A stretch of 45,209 nucleotides of DNA from an uncultured Chryseobacterium sp. (GCA_964468335.1 CAYXUO010000001.1:1-45209); one strand, 5' to 3'. Numbered from the stretch's first letter, positions 9,287 to 19,109 are shown. Notes: a model not told the origin generated them from the letters alone. Made by a program: numbers and translations.

Positions 9287-11452
9287 TTAAAAGTAGTGTC
9301 CTAAAATTATATTGAAAATTCCGCGCTGACGCTCAAAAGAGTGACTGTAATTCACCTTTATCTGCCCCACGGGCGATTTGTAGCCTGCTGTTATTCCAGC
9401 TGAGGATTCGGACAGATAAAAGATATCATCCACCTCTATATCATCAAATAAATTAGCCGCGCTAACGGTTACATCAGCAAAGAAATTTTTGTAGAAATTT
9501 AACTGAAGTGCGCTGGAGGTCATTAAAATATTTCTGCTGCTGTGTTCTCCGAACTGATATCCCTGCAATGCGAAAAAATTTCCCAGATTCTGCTCAAAAA
9601 TTCCTCCGGTTCTGTACTGTTTATATCGTGACAGTTCATCTCCCAGCGTTACCCCTCCGCCCAGCAACAGACGATAGGTAATAAGCCGGGTTAGCGGAAA
9701 GTTAAACTGTGCAGAAAGCTTTGTTTGAAAGGTCCGGCCCTCCTGATCCTCGTTCAGTAGATCAAGAAGTTTACCCTCCGCATTCAGAAGAATTCCTTTG
9801 GTAGGGAAACTACTGTCATCCTGTGTGTCGGATTTTATGAACAGGTAGGGATTTACCAGCCTGTCTACCTCTGTATAATCCGTTTGGCCGATTCCTTTGG
9901 ACTCATAATAGTCATGACTTATTCCACCCCCAATTGCATACTTATCTTTCCAGATGGACTGTATAAAGGCTTCTGTACGCAGCCAGTTCCAGCTTTCAAC
10001 TCTGTTTGCATTACTGTCGCGCAGGTCCAGCGACATTCCGGAAGCATATATTCCAAAACCCGGAATGTAGCCATTGTCTATGAAATAATTGAGATAATAC
10101 CGCGGCTTATCTCCCACAACCAAATCCAGTGAAACTATCGAGTTTCTTACCAACAGCCGTTTTGCGGTAGCATTTATAAGCAATCCTGTCTTAAATACAT
10201 CATCATAGTGCAAACCGAATTTGAGGAAGAAACGGGTATCATCTTCGGTGACATTCAACTTCAGAATATTGCTTTCTTCGCCTTGAATGATATCGTAATT
10301 AATCAGTGTATAGTTGTTGGTAGCGTAAAGCTTATCGACCATACGGTTAATGGTACCATAGGTGACCAGGGCAGGCAGGCGAAGGTTCATCTTACCTTCT
10401 ATATAGTTTTTCCGAAAAATCCGGTTATTCTCCACCACAAGGCTGTCGATCTTGTAGAGATTACTATACACAAGATTCATTGGAGTTCGCAACAGAGTCT
10501 GCTCTCTTTTGGGTAGCTTTGAAAGGATCTGTGCATATTTCTGCGCCGCCACGTACCCGGAATCCAGTATTGCGTTCTTGGCGTCGTAGCTGGTCGCATT
10601 CATGCCCGTAAGGTCAGGATGTATATTGATATCTGTATATTGATATTGGGAACGTGTTTCCTTCTGAATCCCAAAATCGATTACCTGATTCAAAATATCC
10701 AGAGCACTGCGCATATTTTCCCGGCTGGCTAATCCCTGGCTCAGGTCCACGCCAATTACAACATCAATTCCTTTATCCTTAAGAGGTCTGGAAGGGTAAT
10801 TAATGGTCATTGCACCGTCTATGTAAAGTGAGTCTCCAATCTGCACGGGATCCATAAGAGAAGGGAAGGCAGAGCTGGCCATAATGGCGCTGACAAGATC
10901 TCCTTGCTCAAAAATCTCCATCTTGCCGCTCTCCAGATTAGTGGCTATACATAAAAAGGGAATAGGCAGTTTAGAAAAATCACTGGTCGTTGAAACATTT
11001 TTGAACAGTTCACGCAGCAGATAAATATTTTTCTGGCCGGTTGATATGGCTTTTGGGAGTACATTTATCTTGCCGTCTTTTATAGGAACAGTCAGAATAT
11101 ATTTATCAACAGATTTATTGAAGAAGGTAGTTTCCTGCCGTGTCTTTTCGTTCGCAATGATATTATAAAAGTCTGTATCCAGAACGATCTTTTCAATATC
11201 TTTCCCCGTATATCCTGAGGCATACAGGCCGCCCACAATCGCTCCCATACTCGTGCCTGAGATATAATCCACTTTAACACCCAGGGAATCCAATACCTTA
11301 AGCACACCTATATGAGCAAAGCCTTTGGCACCGCCACCGGAAAGTGAAAGCCCAATGCGGGGATTTGGCGGAATTGTAAAACCTTCCTTTACCTGCGCCT
11401 CTGCGAAAAAGAGGGCAAAACACAAAATAATAAGACGAAGCACTTTTCCCAT
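9287..11452 (-). CDS. Patatin-like phospholipase with POTRA and Omp85-like beta-barrel (PlpD/type Vd-like)
   Basis: Signal peptide, LSGGGAKG, GTSMG (nucleophile), IDGA, a central POTRA-like region and a beta-rich C-terminus ending in aromatic YF. Confidence 0.85.
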   Translation of the reverse strand: MGKVLRLIILCFALFFAEAQVKEGFTIPPNPRIGLSLSGGGAKGFAHIGVLKVLDSLGVKVDYISGTSMGAIVGGLYASGYTGKDIEKIVLDTDFYNIIANEKTRQETTFFNKSVDKYILTVPIKDGKINVLPKAISTGQKNIYLLRELFKNVSTTSDFSKLPIPFLCIATNLESGKMEIFEQGDLVSAIMASSAFPSLMDPVQIGDSLYIDGAMTINYPSRPLKDKGIDVVIGVDLSQGLASRENMRSALDILNQVIDFGIQKETRSQYQYTDINIHPDLTGMNATSYDAKNAILDSGYVAAQKYAQILSKLPKREQTLLRTPMNLVYSNLYKIDSLVVENNRIFRKNYIEGKMNLRLPALVTYGTINRMVDKLYATNNYTLINYDIIQGEESNILKLNVTEDDTRFFLKFGLHYDDVFKTGLLINATAKRLLVRNSIVSLDLVVGDKPRYYLNYFIDNGYIPGFGIYASGMSLDLRDSNANRVESWNWLRTEAFIQSIWKDKYAIGGGISHDYYESKGIGQTDYTEVDRLVNPYLFIKSDTQDDSSFPTKGILLNAEGKLLDLLNEDQEGRTFQTKLSAQFNFPLTRLITYRLLLGGGVTLGDELSRYKQYRTGGIFEQNLGNFFALQGYQFGEHSSRNILMTSSALQLNFYKNFFADVTVSAANLFDDIEVDDIFYLSESSAGITAGYKSPVGQIKVNYSHSFERQRGIFNIILGHYF

Positions 11453-13903
11453 TCAGTTTTTTATATATATTCTTTTAACACGTCTGGAGATCGAAGTCAG
11501 AACTTCATATGGAATAGTTTGGCAGTATTCTGAAAACTGCTCCAGAGTTGGTTTGGAGTTAAAGATAATAACTTCAGAGCCTTCCTGTACTTCAAGAGTT
11601 GCAATATCCACCATCAGCATGTCCATACAGACATTACCTATAATTGGACAAAGTTTACCGTTAACAGAAACAGATCCTCGACCGTTTCCTATCATTCTGG
11701 GGATACCGTCAGCATATCCAACGGGAATTGTAGCAATTCTTGTGTCGGATTCAGCGATATGACTCCGGCTGTAACCCACAGATTCGCCCGCTTTGACACT
11801 GGAAATCTGGGATATGACCGTTTTGAACACCACCGCATTTTGAAGCCGTCTTTTTATATACTTGTCAGCCGAAATGCCTACCATTCCAATTCCTATCCTG
11901 ACCATATCAAACTGATGTTCGGTAAATGAGGTTATTCCGGCTGAATTCAGGATATGGAGAATTGGACGGTATCCTAATGCGTTTATCATGATTTCCGTGT
12001 TTTGGGAAAACATACCAATCTGACTTAGCGCGTAATCACGTTCACCGGCCATGTCTGAGGTTGACAGATGGCTGAATATGCTGGCCACCTTAAGATTCAT
12101 TGATTTTAATTTCTCTGCCAGCAACAGAAGTTCTTCGCTTTTGAAACCGAGACGGTGCATGCCGGTTTCCAGTTTTATATGAATTGGATACTGCTTATCA
12201 ACTCCAAGCTCATTCAGGGCACTCCAGAAAAGATCAAGAACGCGGAAACTGTATATTTCCGGTTCCAGATTATACTCAATAATTGCATTATAACTGTGCT
12301 GTTCCGGGTTCATAACGATTATAGGTGTGGTAATACCATTCTTGCGAAGGTCCATACCCTCATCTGCATACGCAACGCCCAAATAATCTATATGATGATG
12401 TTGAAGAAATTCTGCAATTTCATATCCTCCCAGACCGTAAGAGTAAGCTTTTACCATCGCCATCATTTTGGTTTCGGGCTTCAGCAAAGCTTTGTGAACA
12501 TTAATATTGTGAAGCAGAGCGTTCAAATGTACCTCCAGAACCGTATCGTGTTTTTGCAGCTCGAGCAGGTTTTTAATTTTTTCAATAGCAAATTTTCTTG
12601 CCCCTTTTAATAAAACAAGTGAGTCCTCAATATGATTTAGGGTCTGGCTGTCAATAAGTTCAGCTGTATCTCTGTAAATATAGGTTCTGGATTTAAAGAG
12701 CGTATGATATTGTGTGATGTAGGCTCCGATCAGATATACATGTTCAAATTGCTGTTCATTTACAAGTGCTGCTACGTCCCTGTAGAGATGTTCCGGGGAA
12801 TCCCTGACATCAATGATATCTGTAAGGATCAGTACTTTTTTCGGTTTTTTATATTCCTTAATAAATTGAAAAGCTATTTTTAATGAATCCACATCGAGAT
12901 TGAAGGAATCATTCACCACCAAATTACCACGAACGCCGTGTACGGATTCCAAACGCATTTCAACCGCCTTCAACAATTTCAGTTTCTGAACAATTTCATC
13001 GTTAGGTACACCTAACTCCTTTAATACTGCTATAAGCGCAAGGACATTCTGGAGTGTGGCTTCATCCTTTTGTGTAAGCCCAAATTTAAATTCTTCGCCA
13101 TAGTAAGAAATTGTAATTTCATTGGAAAAGTTTTCCCAGCCGGCTCGGACGCTGAGTTTATTTTGAGAACCCAGCCCGTACGATATCAGTTTTCTGTCAG
13201 GATACCGCAAAGATACCGCAGCATAAACTCCGGCATGGTCACCGTTGAAGATGATAACAGATGACTTTTCAAATAGCTTAAGTTTTTCATTAATTAGCTG
13301 TGATTCTGAAACGAAGTTTGCCGAATGGGCTGTTCCAATATGGGTAAGCACACCAATCTGCGGAGAAAATATATCAGAAAGTATCTTCATCTCACCGGGC
13401 CTGGAAATACCGGCTTCAAAGATGCCCAGTTCATGCTGTTCACCAATTTGCAGCAGGGAGAGCGGCAAACCGGTTTGTGAATTAAAACTTTTGGGACTTT
13501 TAACCGTATCATAAATGTTATATACAACCTGATACAACCATTCCTTTACTATTGTTTTCCCGTTGCTGCCTGTAATCCCAACCGTTTTTAAATCAGGAAA
13601 GGATTTCAAATGGAACTTTGCGAGCTTGTGAAGAAATGTAACGGAATCATCTACCAAAATCCACGTGATTCCAGCGTCAGTTGAAGTTTGCTTCGCCGAA
13701 ATGATAATCTTTATCCCTCTCTCCAGAACTTCGGGAATATATTTTTCGCCACTGTTTTGGCTTGTGTTGAATGCTATAAAGGCGCGGTCCTGAACCGCAA
13801 ACAGATTCCTGCTGTCAAATGAAATGTATTTCACTTTTACCGATCCGTCTCCTACAATTTTACTTCCGGTGATCTCTGCAATCTGCGATGCGGTATAATT
13901 CAT
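11453..13903 (-). CDS. alr: Bifunctional MurF-like ligase / alanine racemase
   Basis: N-terminal Mur-ligase domain (ITGSNGKT, NDSFN, LKGAR). C-terminal Alr domain (AMVKAYSYG with PLP Lys, TGMHRLG, VGYS, GYADG, VCMD, TIPYE). Confidence 0.93.
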   Translation of the reverse strand: MNYTASQIAEITGSKIVGDGSVKVKYISFDSRNLFAVQDRAFIAFNTSQNSGEKYIPEVLERGIKIIISAKQTSTDAGITWILVDDSVTFLHKLAKFHLKSFPDLKTVGITGSNGKTIVKEWLYQVVYNIYDTVKSPKSFNSQTGLPLSLLQIGEQHELGIFEAGISRPGEMKILSDIFSPQIGVLTHIGTAHSANFVSESQLINEKLKLFEKSSVIIFNGDHAGVYAAVSLRYPDRKLISYGLGSQNKLSVRAGWENFSNEITISYYGEEFKFGLTQKDEATLQNVLALIAVLKELGVPNDEIVQKLKLLKAVEMRLESVHGVRGNLVVNDSFNLDVDSLKIAFQFIKEYKKPKKVLILTDIIDVRDSPEHLYRDVAALVNEQQFEHVYLIGAYITQYHTLFKSRTYIYRDTAELIDSQTLNHIEDSLVLLKGARKFAIEKIKNLLELQKHDTVLEVHLNALLHNINVHKALLKPETKMMAMVKAYSYGLGGYEIAEFLQHHHIDYLGVAYADEGMDLRKNGITTPIIVMNPEQHSYNAIIEYNLEPEIYSFRVLDLFWSALNELGVDKQYPIHIKLETGMHRLGFKSEELLLLAEKLKSMNLKVASIFSHLSTSDMAGERDYALSQIGMFSQNTEIMINALGYRPILHILNSAGITSFTEHQFDMVRIGIGMVGISADKYIKRRLQNAVVFKTVISQISSVKAGESVGYSRSHIAESDTRIATIPVGYADGIPRMIGNGRGSVSVNGKLCPIIGNVCMDMLMVDIATLEVQEGSEVIIFNSKPTLEQFSEYCQTIPYEVLTSISRRVKRIYIKN

Positions 13904-14493
13904 TCCGGCGAAGTTTTATTCAGTACAAAATCTGCGAAAACACGACGGCTTACAGCTTCATAACTCTCGGTTTCGCCTAACTCCACCAAGTCTACGCTAT
14001 TCGATGTTCGCATGGAATAATTCGCCAGGTTTCCGGTTCTTCTGCATATCGCATGTACCTTAGTTACATATTCAGCAGTTGCCATAAGGTTGGGCATGGA
14101 ACCAAATGGGCGTCCCATAAAATCCATATCCAGGCCGGCAATAACAACCCGTACACCACCGTTAGCCAATTTATTAGCTACTTCCACAATTCCGCTGTCA
14201 AAAAACTGAGCTTCATCTATCCCTACCACGTCACATGTAGAACCCAGAAGCAGAATCTCATTTGAACTTTCAACCGGTGTACTGCGGATCTTATTCAGGT
14301 TATGAGACACTACTTCCTCCAGTCCATATCTGGTGTCAATCTGCGGTTTAAAAATTTCTACTGTTTGACCGGCCATTTCTGCCCGTCTCAAACGGCGGAT
14401 CAGTTCCTCCGTTTTACCGGAAAACATTGACCCACAGATAACTTCCATCCAGCCACTTTGTTTGGAATGATTTATTGTATTTTCTAAAAACAT
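13900..14493 (-). CDS. tdk: Thymidine kinase
   Basis: GSMFSGKTEEL P-loop, IDEAQF and GLDMDF. Confidence 0.96.
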   Translation of the reverse strand: MFLENTINHSKQSGWMEVICGSMFSGKTEELIRRLRRAEMAGQTVEIFKPQIDTRYGLEEVVSHNLNKIRSTPVESSNEILLLGSTCDVVGIDEAQFFDSGIVEVANKLANGGVRVVIAGLDMDFMGRPFGSMPNLMATAEYVTKVHAICRRTGNLANYSMRTSNSVDLVELGETESYEAVSRRVFADFVLNKTSPE

Positions 14494-14520
14494 TTGTTAT
14501 TTTAGCCGTATAAACAAGTT

Positions 14521-14528
14521 CAAAATTA
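14521..14528 (-). promoter_or_regulatory. Sigma-A -7 box for the tdk-alr-patatin-ybeY-mnmG run
   Basis: TAATTTTG on the minus strand 27 bp upstream of tdk. Confidence 0.6.
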
Positions 14529-14553
14529 CGCAAAATTTAGCAAGATATTTACC

Positions 14554-15717
14554 ATGCATAAATTTCAGGAAATTCAGGAGCAGGCCATCCAGGATGCCAC
14601 TTCTATCATCACCAGACTGGGCAAAGTTTCCACCGCCGAAGAACTGGTAAACTCCGCGGATGAGATCGCGGAACTTCAGGAACTTGTGACATTTCTGCAG
14701 CGCTTTAATACGTACTCACTTTCACTTACAAATTCGATCTCTGAAGCACCTGTAAGTCAGATACAAGGCACAGATTTTTTTAATGAGGATCCTGTGTTTG
14801 AAGGCAATCCTTATATCGCTGAAGAGGAGGTTATTTTTAACAATAATTTTAATCAGATTGAAGATTCCGAAATAGATCATCCTGAAAAAAGTACTGATCT
14901 ATTAGAGGAAGAAGCTGCGTTCAACAATGAATTGAATGAAATTGATCCTATTGTCGTTTCCGGGCCCCAGGTGGACAATGATATCACAGTCACCGGTGAT
15001 GCCGAATCATCATTGGGACCTTCAGGAACTGAGGATGAAGAAGAAGAAATCGGTACGGGTACTGATGCCGTGGGCCTATCCGTTGTTGATGAGGAAATTC
15101 TGACTGCAAATGAAGAAAATTTAAAAGAGAATGAAGATTCCGGGAAGGATTTAACTTCTGTAGAGCCAGCAGTACCTGCTGATATTGATTCTCAGCCGTT
15201 AGAAAGTCATGCAGCACAGGAACAAGCAACAAAAGACTCCCGCAGGAAGATTGTAGATTTTGAGCACGAGCAGAAAATGCAGGAACTCAATGAAGCTGCT
15301 GAACGTTTGCTTGAACAGCATGAAGAAAAAAAATTCAAACTTTCCAGCATCAAAGGCCTGAAGAAAATACAGTCCCTTTTTGATGACGATCCACTGGACG
15401 AGGTTATTCGTGAAGAACATTCTCCAGCTGCATCTTCCGACAGCCTGCGTAAATCCAATATCGCTACCGATTTTATGGAAGCGGATAAACCTAAACCGGA
15501 GTTCAAACTGGACTTGAATGATAAAATTGCGTTCTCAAAGATGCTTTTTGGTGGCAGCCAGTCTAAACTTAACGAGGCCGTCAGGGATCTTAACAGTTTT
15601 ACTACTTTGGAAGAAGCACGTGAATACCTGAGTGATGCCTATTATGAAAACAATTGGGAGAAATCCGACGAATATGCGCAGAGACTCTGGAATTTAGTAG
15701 AGAGTAAGTTTCTATAG
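14554..15717 (+). CDS. Hypothetical acidic protein with probable disordered centre and helical C-terminal domain
   Basis: 387-aa ORF with an E/D-rich low-complexity middle and C-terminal LDLNDKIAFSKMLFGG...LN...W...KF block. First gene of a tight + strand operon. Confidence 0.8.
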   Translation: MHKFQEIQEQAIQDATSIITRLGKVSTAEELVNSADEIAELQELVTFLQRFNTYSLSLTNSISEAPVSQIQGTDFFNEDPVFEGNPYIAEEEVIFNNNFNQIEDSEIDHPEKSTDLLEEEAAFNNELNEIDPIVVSGPQVDNDITVTGDAESSLGPSGTEDEEEEIGTGTDAVGLSVVDEEILTANEENLKENEDSGKDLTSVEPAVPADIDSQPLESHAAQEQATKDSRRKIVDFEHEQKMQELNEAAERLLEQHEEKKFKLSSIKGLKKIQSLFDDDPLDEVIREEHSPAASSDSLRKSNIATDFMEADKPKPEFKLDLNDKIAFSKMLFGGSQSKLNEAVRDLNSFTTLEEAREYLSDAYYENNWEKSDEYAQRLWNLVESKFL

Positions 15718-15730
15718 TTAAAAATCAAAC

Positions 15731-17107
15731 ATGACCAACGGAATTTCTGGTTTCCAGAATGTCTTTTTTATAGGTGTAGCGGGTGTAGGGATGAGCGCTG
15801 TGGCGCAATATATGCGCGGTATCGGGATCCGCGTCTCCGGCAGCGACCGCTACTTTAAAAACGGCGAATACAATAAAACCAGGGACCAACTGGAACAGGA
15901 AGGCATTATTTGTTTTGAGCAGGATGGCTCAGGAATTGCGGATACAACAGATTTGGTTGTAGTTTCCACCGCTATTGAAGATACGGTACCTGAAGTGAGG
16001 AAAGCCCGCGATCTTGGTATAAAAATTATTAAGCGGAGCGAACTTCTGGCGCTGATTGCCAAAAGTAAAAAAACAATAGCAGTTGCAGGAACCTCCGGCA
16101 AATCAACTACCGCCGCTATGATCTATCAGATTTTTGCTGATGCGGGTCTTTCTCCCGGCATCATTTCCGGTGCAGGTTTAACAAGTATCATCAAGAAAGG
16201 AAAAATTGGGAATGCCGCAGTAGGTACAGGAGAATGGCTCATTATTGAAGCTGATGAAAGTGATGGCTCAGTGGTGCTGTACGAACCCGAAATAGGTCTA
16301 TTGCTTAATGTGGACCGGGACCATCAGGAAACAGAAGAACTAATGGAACTGTTTACTGTTTTCAGGAAAAACACCCGAAGCTTATTTATTGTAAATCAAT
16401 CTAATACACTGGCCAAAACTTTGTCTGCTAATACTGAAACTGATTTTGGTTTTGAAAATGCTGACGCCGGATATAATGCCCGGAATTTCCGTCAGGAAGG
16501 CTTGAAATTATATTTTACAGTTAAGGGCCAAAGCTTTGAAATGAACTCATTGGGCCAACACTCTGTTGAGAATGCCGCGGCGGCAGTCGCAGTAGCCCAA
16601 CAGGCAGGAATTTCGCTGGCTCAATGTGCGGAAAGTCTGGCTAATTATGAAGGAATTTATCGCCGGCATCAGATTCTTGGCGAAAAGAACGGGGTATGGG
16701 TTATTGACGATTATGCCCATAATCCCGCGAAATGCGCTGCTTCCATCCGAGCGTGTCAACCTTTGGGAGATAAGGTGGTAGCTTGGTTCCAGCCACACGG
16801 TTATGGTCCCACCAAGTTTTTGAGACAGGATTTTGTGGAAGAAATTGCTTTGGCGCTTCGTCCGCAGGACGAAATCTGGATGAGTGAGATTTTCTATGCC
16901 GGCGGTACTGCTGTAAAGGATATCTCAGCTAATGATTTAATTGAAGACCTTAAAGCGAAAGGGAAGAACGCTCAATTTATCGAAAACAGGAATGATTTAC
17001 TCGAAGCATTGCGACCGGAACTTAAAGCAGGTGCCGTATTGCTGCTGATGGGAGCGCGGGATCCGGGGCTCGAAGATTTCACACGTAAACTTTTTAATGA
17101 CCTGTAA
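15731..17107 (+). CDS. MurC-like Mur ligase (orphan paralog)
   Basis: GVAGVGMS, GSD, STAI, AGTSGKSTT, EADESDGS, DDYAHNP and FQPH motifs. Not in a dcw cluster. Confidence 0.85.
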   Translation: MTNGISGFQNVFFIGVAGVGMSAVAQYMRGIGIRVSGSDRYFKNGEYNKTRDQLEQEGIICFEQDGSGIADTTDLVVVSTAIEDTVPEVRKARDLGIKIIKRSELLALIAKSKKTIAVAGTSGKSTTAAMIYQIFADAGLSPGIISGAGLTSIIKKGKIGNAAVGTGEWLIIEADESDGSVVLYEPEIGLLLNVDRDHQETEELMELFTVFRKNTRSLFIVNQSNTLAKTLSANTETDFGFENADAGYNARNFRQEGLKLYFTVKGQSFEMNSLGQHSVENAAAAVAVAQQAGISLAQCAESLANYEGIYRRHQILGEKNGVWVIDDYAHNPAKCAASIRACQPLGDKVVAWFQPHGYGPTKFLRQDFVEEIALALRPQDEIWMSEIFYAGGTAVKDISANDLIEDLKAKGKNAQFIENRNDLLEALRPELKAGAVLLLMGARDPGLEDFTRKLFNDL

Positions 17108-17781
17108 TGGCCGGAATTCTTTATTTTGTACCTACGCCCATCGGAAATCTGGAAGATATGACTTTCCGGGCCGTGCGGATCCTGAAGGAAGTGGATTATA
17201 TACTTTGTGAAGATACCCGGACATCGGGGATTCTTTTAAAGCATTATGAGATTTCCAAACCGTTGAAATCTTATCATCTTCATAATGAACATCACTCCAC
17301 CCAGCAGGTGATTGATGACCTGCAGAATGGTATGAACATCGCGATCATTACTGATGCGGGGACACCTGGAATCTCTGATCCCGGATATCTTCTGGCACGT
17401 GCAGCGGCAGAAGTGGATCTTGAAATGCAGTGCCTGCCAGGCGCTACAGCCTTTGTGCCGGCACTGGTTGTTTCAGGACTGCCCAACAACGAATTCCTGT
17501 TTGCAGGCTTTTTGCCGCAAAAGAAAGGCAGGCAAACAAAGCTTAAACAACTGGCAGAAGAGAAAAAAACCATAATTTTGTATGAAAGTCCGCACAAGAT
17601 TAATACAACATTGGAACAGGTTCGCGAATTTTTTGGCGAGGGCACCAAAGTGAGCCTGAGCCGCGAAATTTCCAAGAAATTTGAAGAAACCAAACGCGGA
17701 AGTATAGAGGAACTCATTGAGTTTTCAAAGACCAAAACATTGAAAGGGGAGATTGTCCTCATTATCAACAACGTGATTTAA
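17107..17781 (+). CDS. rsmI: 16S rRNA C1402 2'-O-methyltransferase
   Basis: PTPIGNLEDMT, EDTR, DAGTPGISDPG, YESPH and REISKKFEE. Confidence 0.97.
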   Translation: MAGILYFVPTPIGNLEDMTFRAVRILKEVDYILCEDTRTSGILLKHYEISKPLKSYHLHNEHHSTQQVIDDLQNGMNIAIITDAGTPGISDPGYLLARAAAEVDLEMQCLPGATAFVPALVVSGLPNNEFLFAGFLPQKKGRQTKLKQLAEEKKTIILYESPHKINTTLEQVREFFGEGTKVSLSREISKKFEETKRGSIEELIEFSKTKTLKGEIVLIINNVI

Positions 17782-17791
17782 TATATAGAAT

Positions 17792-18535
17792 ATGGGATTA
17801 TTAGAAGGAAAAGTGGCATTGATTACCGGCGGTTCCCGTGGAATTGGCAGAGGAATCGTGGAGAGTTTTGCTAAACAGGGTGCGCAGGTAGCATTTACGT
17901 ATGCAGGTTCGGTAGAGAAAGCAGCAGAGCTCGAAAAGTCACTTAGTTCCACAACAAAAATAAAAGGTTTCCAGAGTGATGCATCCGATTTCGATGCAGC
18001 ACAGAAACTTGTTGACGATGTGATTGCAGAATTCGGTAAGGTGGATATTCTGATTAACAATGCCGGGATTACAAAAGACGGACTGTTACTCCGAATGAGT
18101 AAGGATGACTGGGATATCATTATGAAAACCAATCTGGACTCGGTATTCAATCTTACAAAGGCAGTGATAAAGCCTATGATGAAGGCAAGGAACGGATCCA
18201 TCATCAATATGTCTTCTGTGGTTGGAATTCAGGGGAATGCGGGGCAGGCAAATTACGCAGCTTCTAAGGCGGGTGTGATTGGTTTTACAAAGTCTGTGGC
18301 ACTGGAACTTGGCTCGCGTAATATTCGCTGTAACGCAGTAGCTCCGGGCTTTATAGAAACCGAAATGACGGCAGCACTGGACCAGAAGGTAATTGAAGAA
18401 TGGAGAAATGATGTTCCGCTGAAACGGGGCGGAAAGCCGGAAGATGTTGCCAACGCATGCATATTCCTGGGAAGTGATATGTCCGCTTATGTGACGGGTC
18501 AGGTACTTAATGTGTGCGGAGGTCTCCTTACCTAA
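17792..18535 (+). CDS. fabG: 3-oxoacyl-ACP reductase
   Basis: TGGSRGIG, NNAGITKD, GQANYAASK and VAPGFIETEMT. Confidence 0.95.
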   Translation: MGLLEGKVALITGGSRGIGRGIVESFAKQGAQVAFTYAGSVEKAAELEKSLSSTTKIKGFQSDASDFDAAQKLVDDVIAEFGKVDILINNAGITKDGLLLRMSKDDWDIIMKTNLDSVFNLTKAVIKPMMKARNGSIINMSSVVGIQGNAGQANYAASKAGVIGFTKSVALELGSRNIRCNAVAPGFIETEMTAALDQKVIEEWRNDVPLKRGGKPEDVANACIFLGSDMSAYVTGQVLNVCGGLLT

Positions 18536-18562
18536 CCGTGAAAATCCGATAAATTACATAAT

Positions 18563-18590
18563 AAGCCTTTTATCTTTGATGAAGGGCTTT
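18563..18590 (+). terminator. Probable terminator after fabG
   Basis: AAGCCTTTTATC-ttt-GATGAAGGGCTT imperfect hairpin with G-U pairs, then TTGTT. Confidence 0.55.
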
Positions 18591-18682
18591 GTTATTACTA
18601 AAGTTAGATTGTATTGGAAATAAGCGCTTCTATGACGCTGATTAAGTATTAAGACTGCATACTCAAATTAAAAAAATTAAAG

Positions 18683-19084
18683 ATGATACACGACAAGGAT
18701 TACATCATGCGCATAGTAAAACAGTTCTCAGAGCTTCTGGCCACTATGATGTTGGGAAAGAATGAGGGCGAACTTAAGGACGAACAAACCCTTTTTGAGA
18801 CCCAGATGCGGGATGTATTCAAAATGGATTTTGAAGAACTGGCTGCTAAAAGTACTGAAGAGATTACCGGCTGGGTTGAAGCTAAAGATAAAACACATCA
18901 AATTGCCTATTACGAACTCCTGGGAAATCTGTTTTATTATAAGTTTCAAAATGCGCCGGACAGAAACTTAGCGGTACGTGCCAAAGTCTATTATGAAACC
19001 TGGCTCCAGAACAGTAAGATTTTCTCCCTGCCGGTAATGTCAAAATTAACCGAGCTTAATAAATATATTACTGACGGGACTTAA
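18683..19084 (+). CDS. Hypothetical helical protein (DUF6483-like)
   Basis: N-terminal KDYIMRIVKQFSELLA resembles the DUF6483 signature (recalled, not searched). Confidence 0.6.
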   Translation: MIHDKDYIMRIVKQFSELLATMMLGKNEGELKDEQTLFETQMRDVFKMDFEELAAKSTEEITGWVEAKDKTHQIAYYELLGNLFYYKFQNAPDRNLAVRAKVYYETWLQNSKIFSLPVMSKLTELNKYITDGT

Positions 19085-19109
19085 TAAGCGGCTCCAGGTT
19101 TACCTTAAC

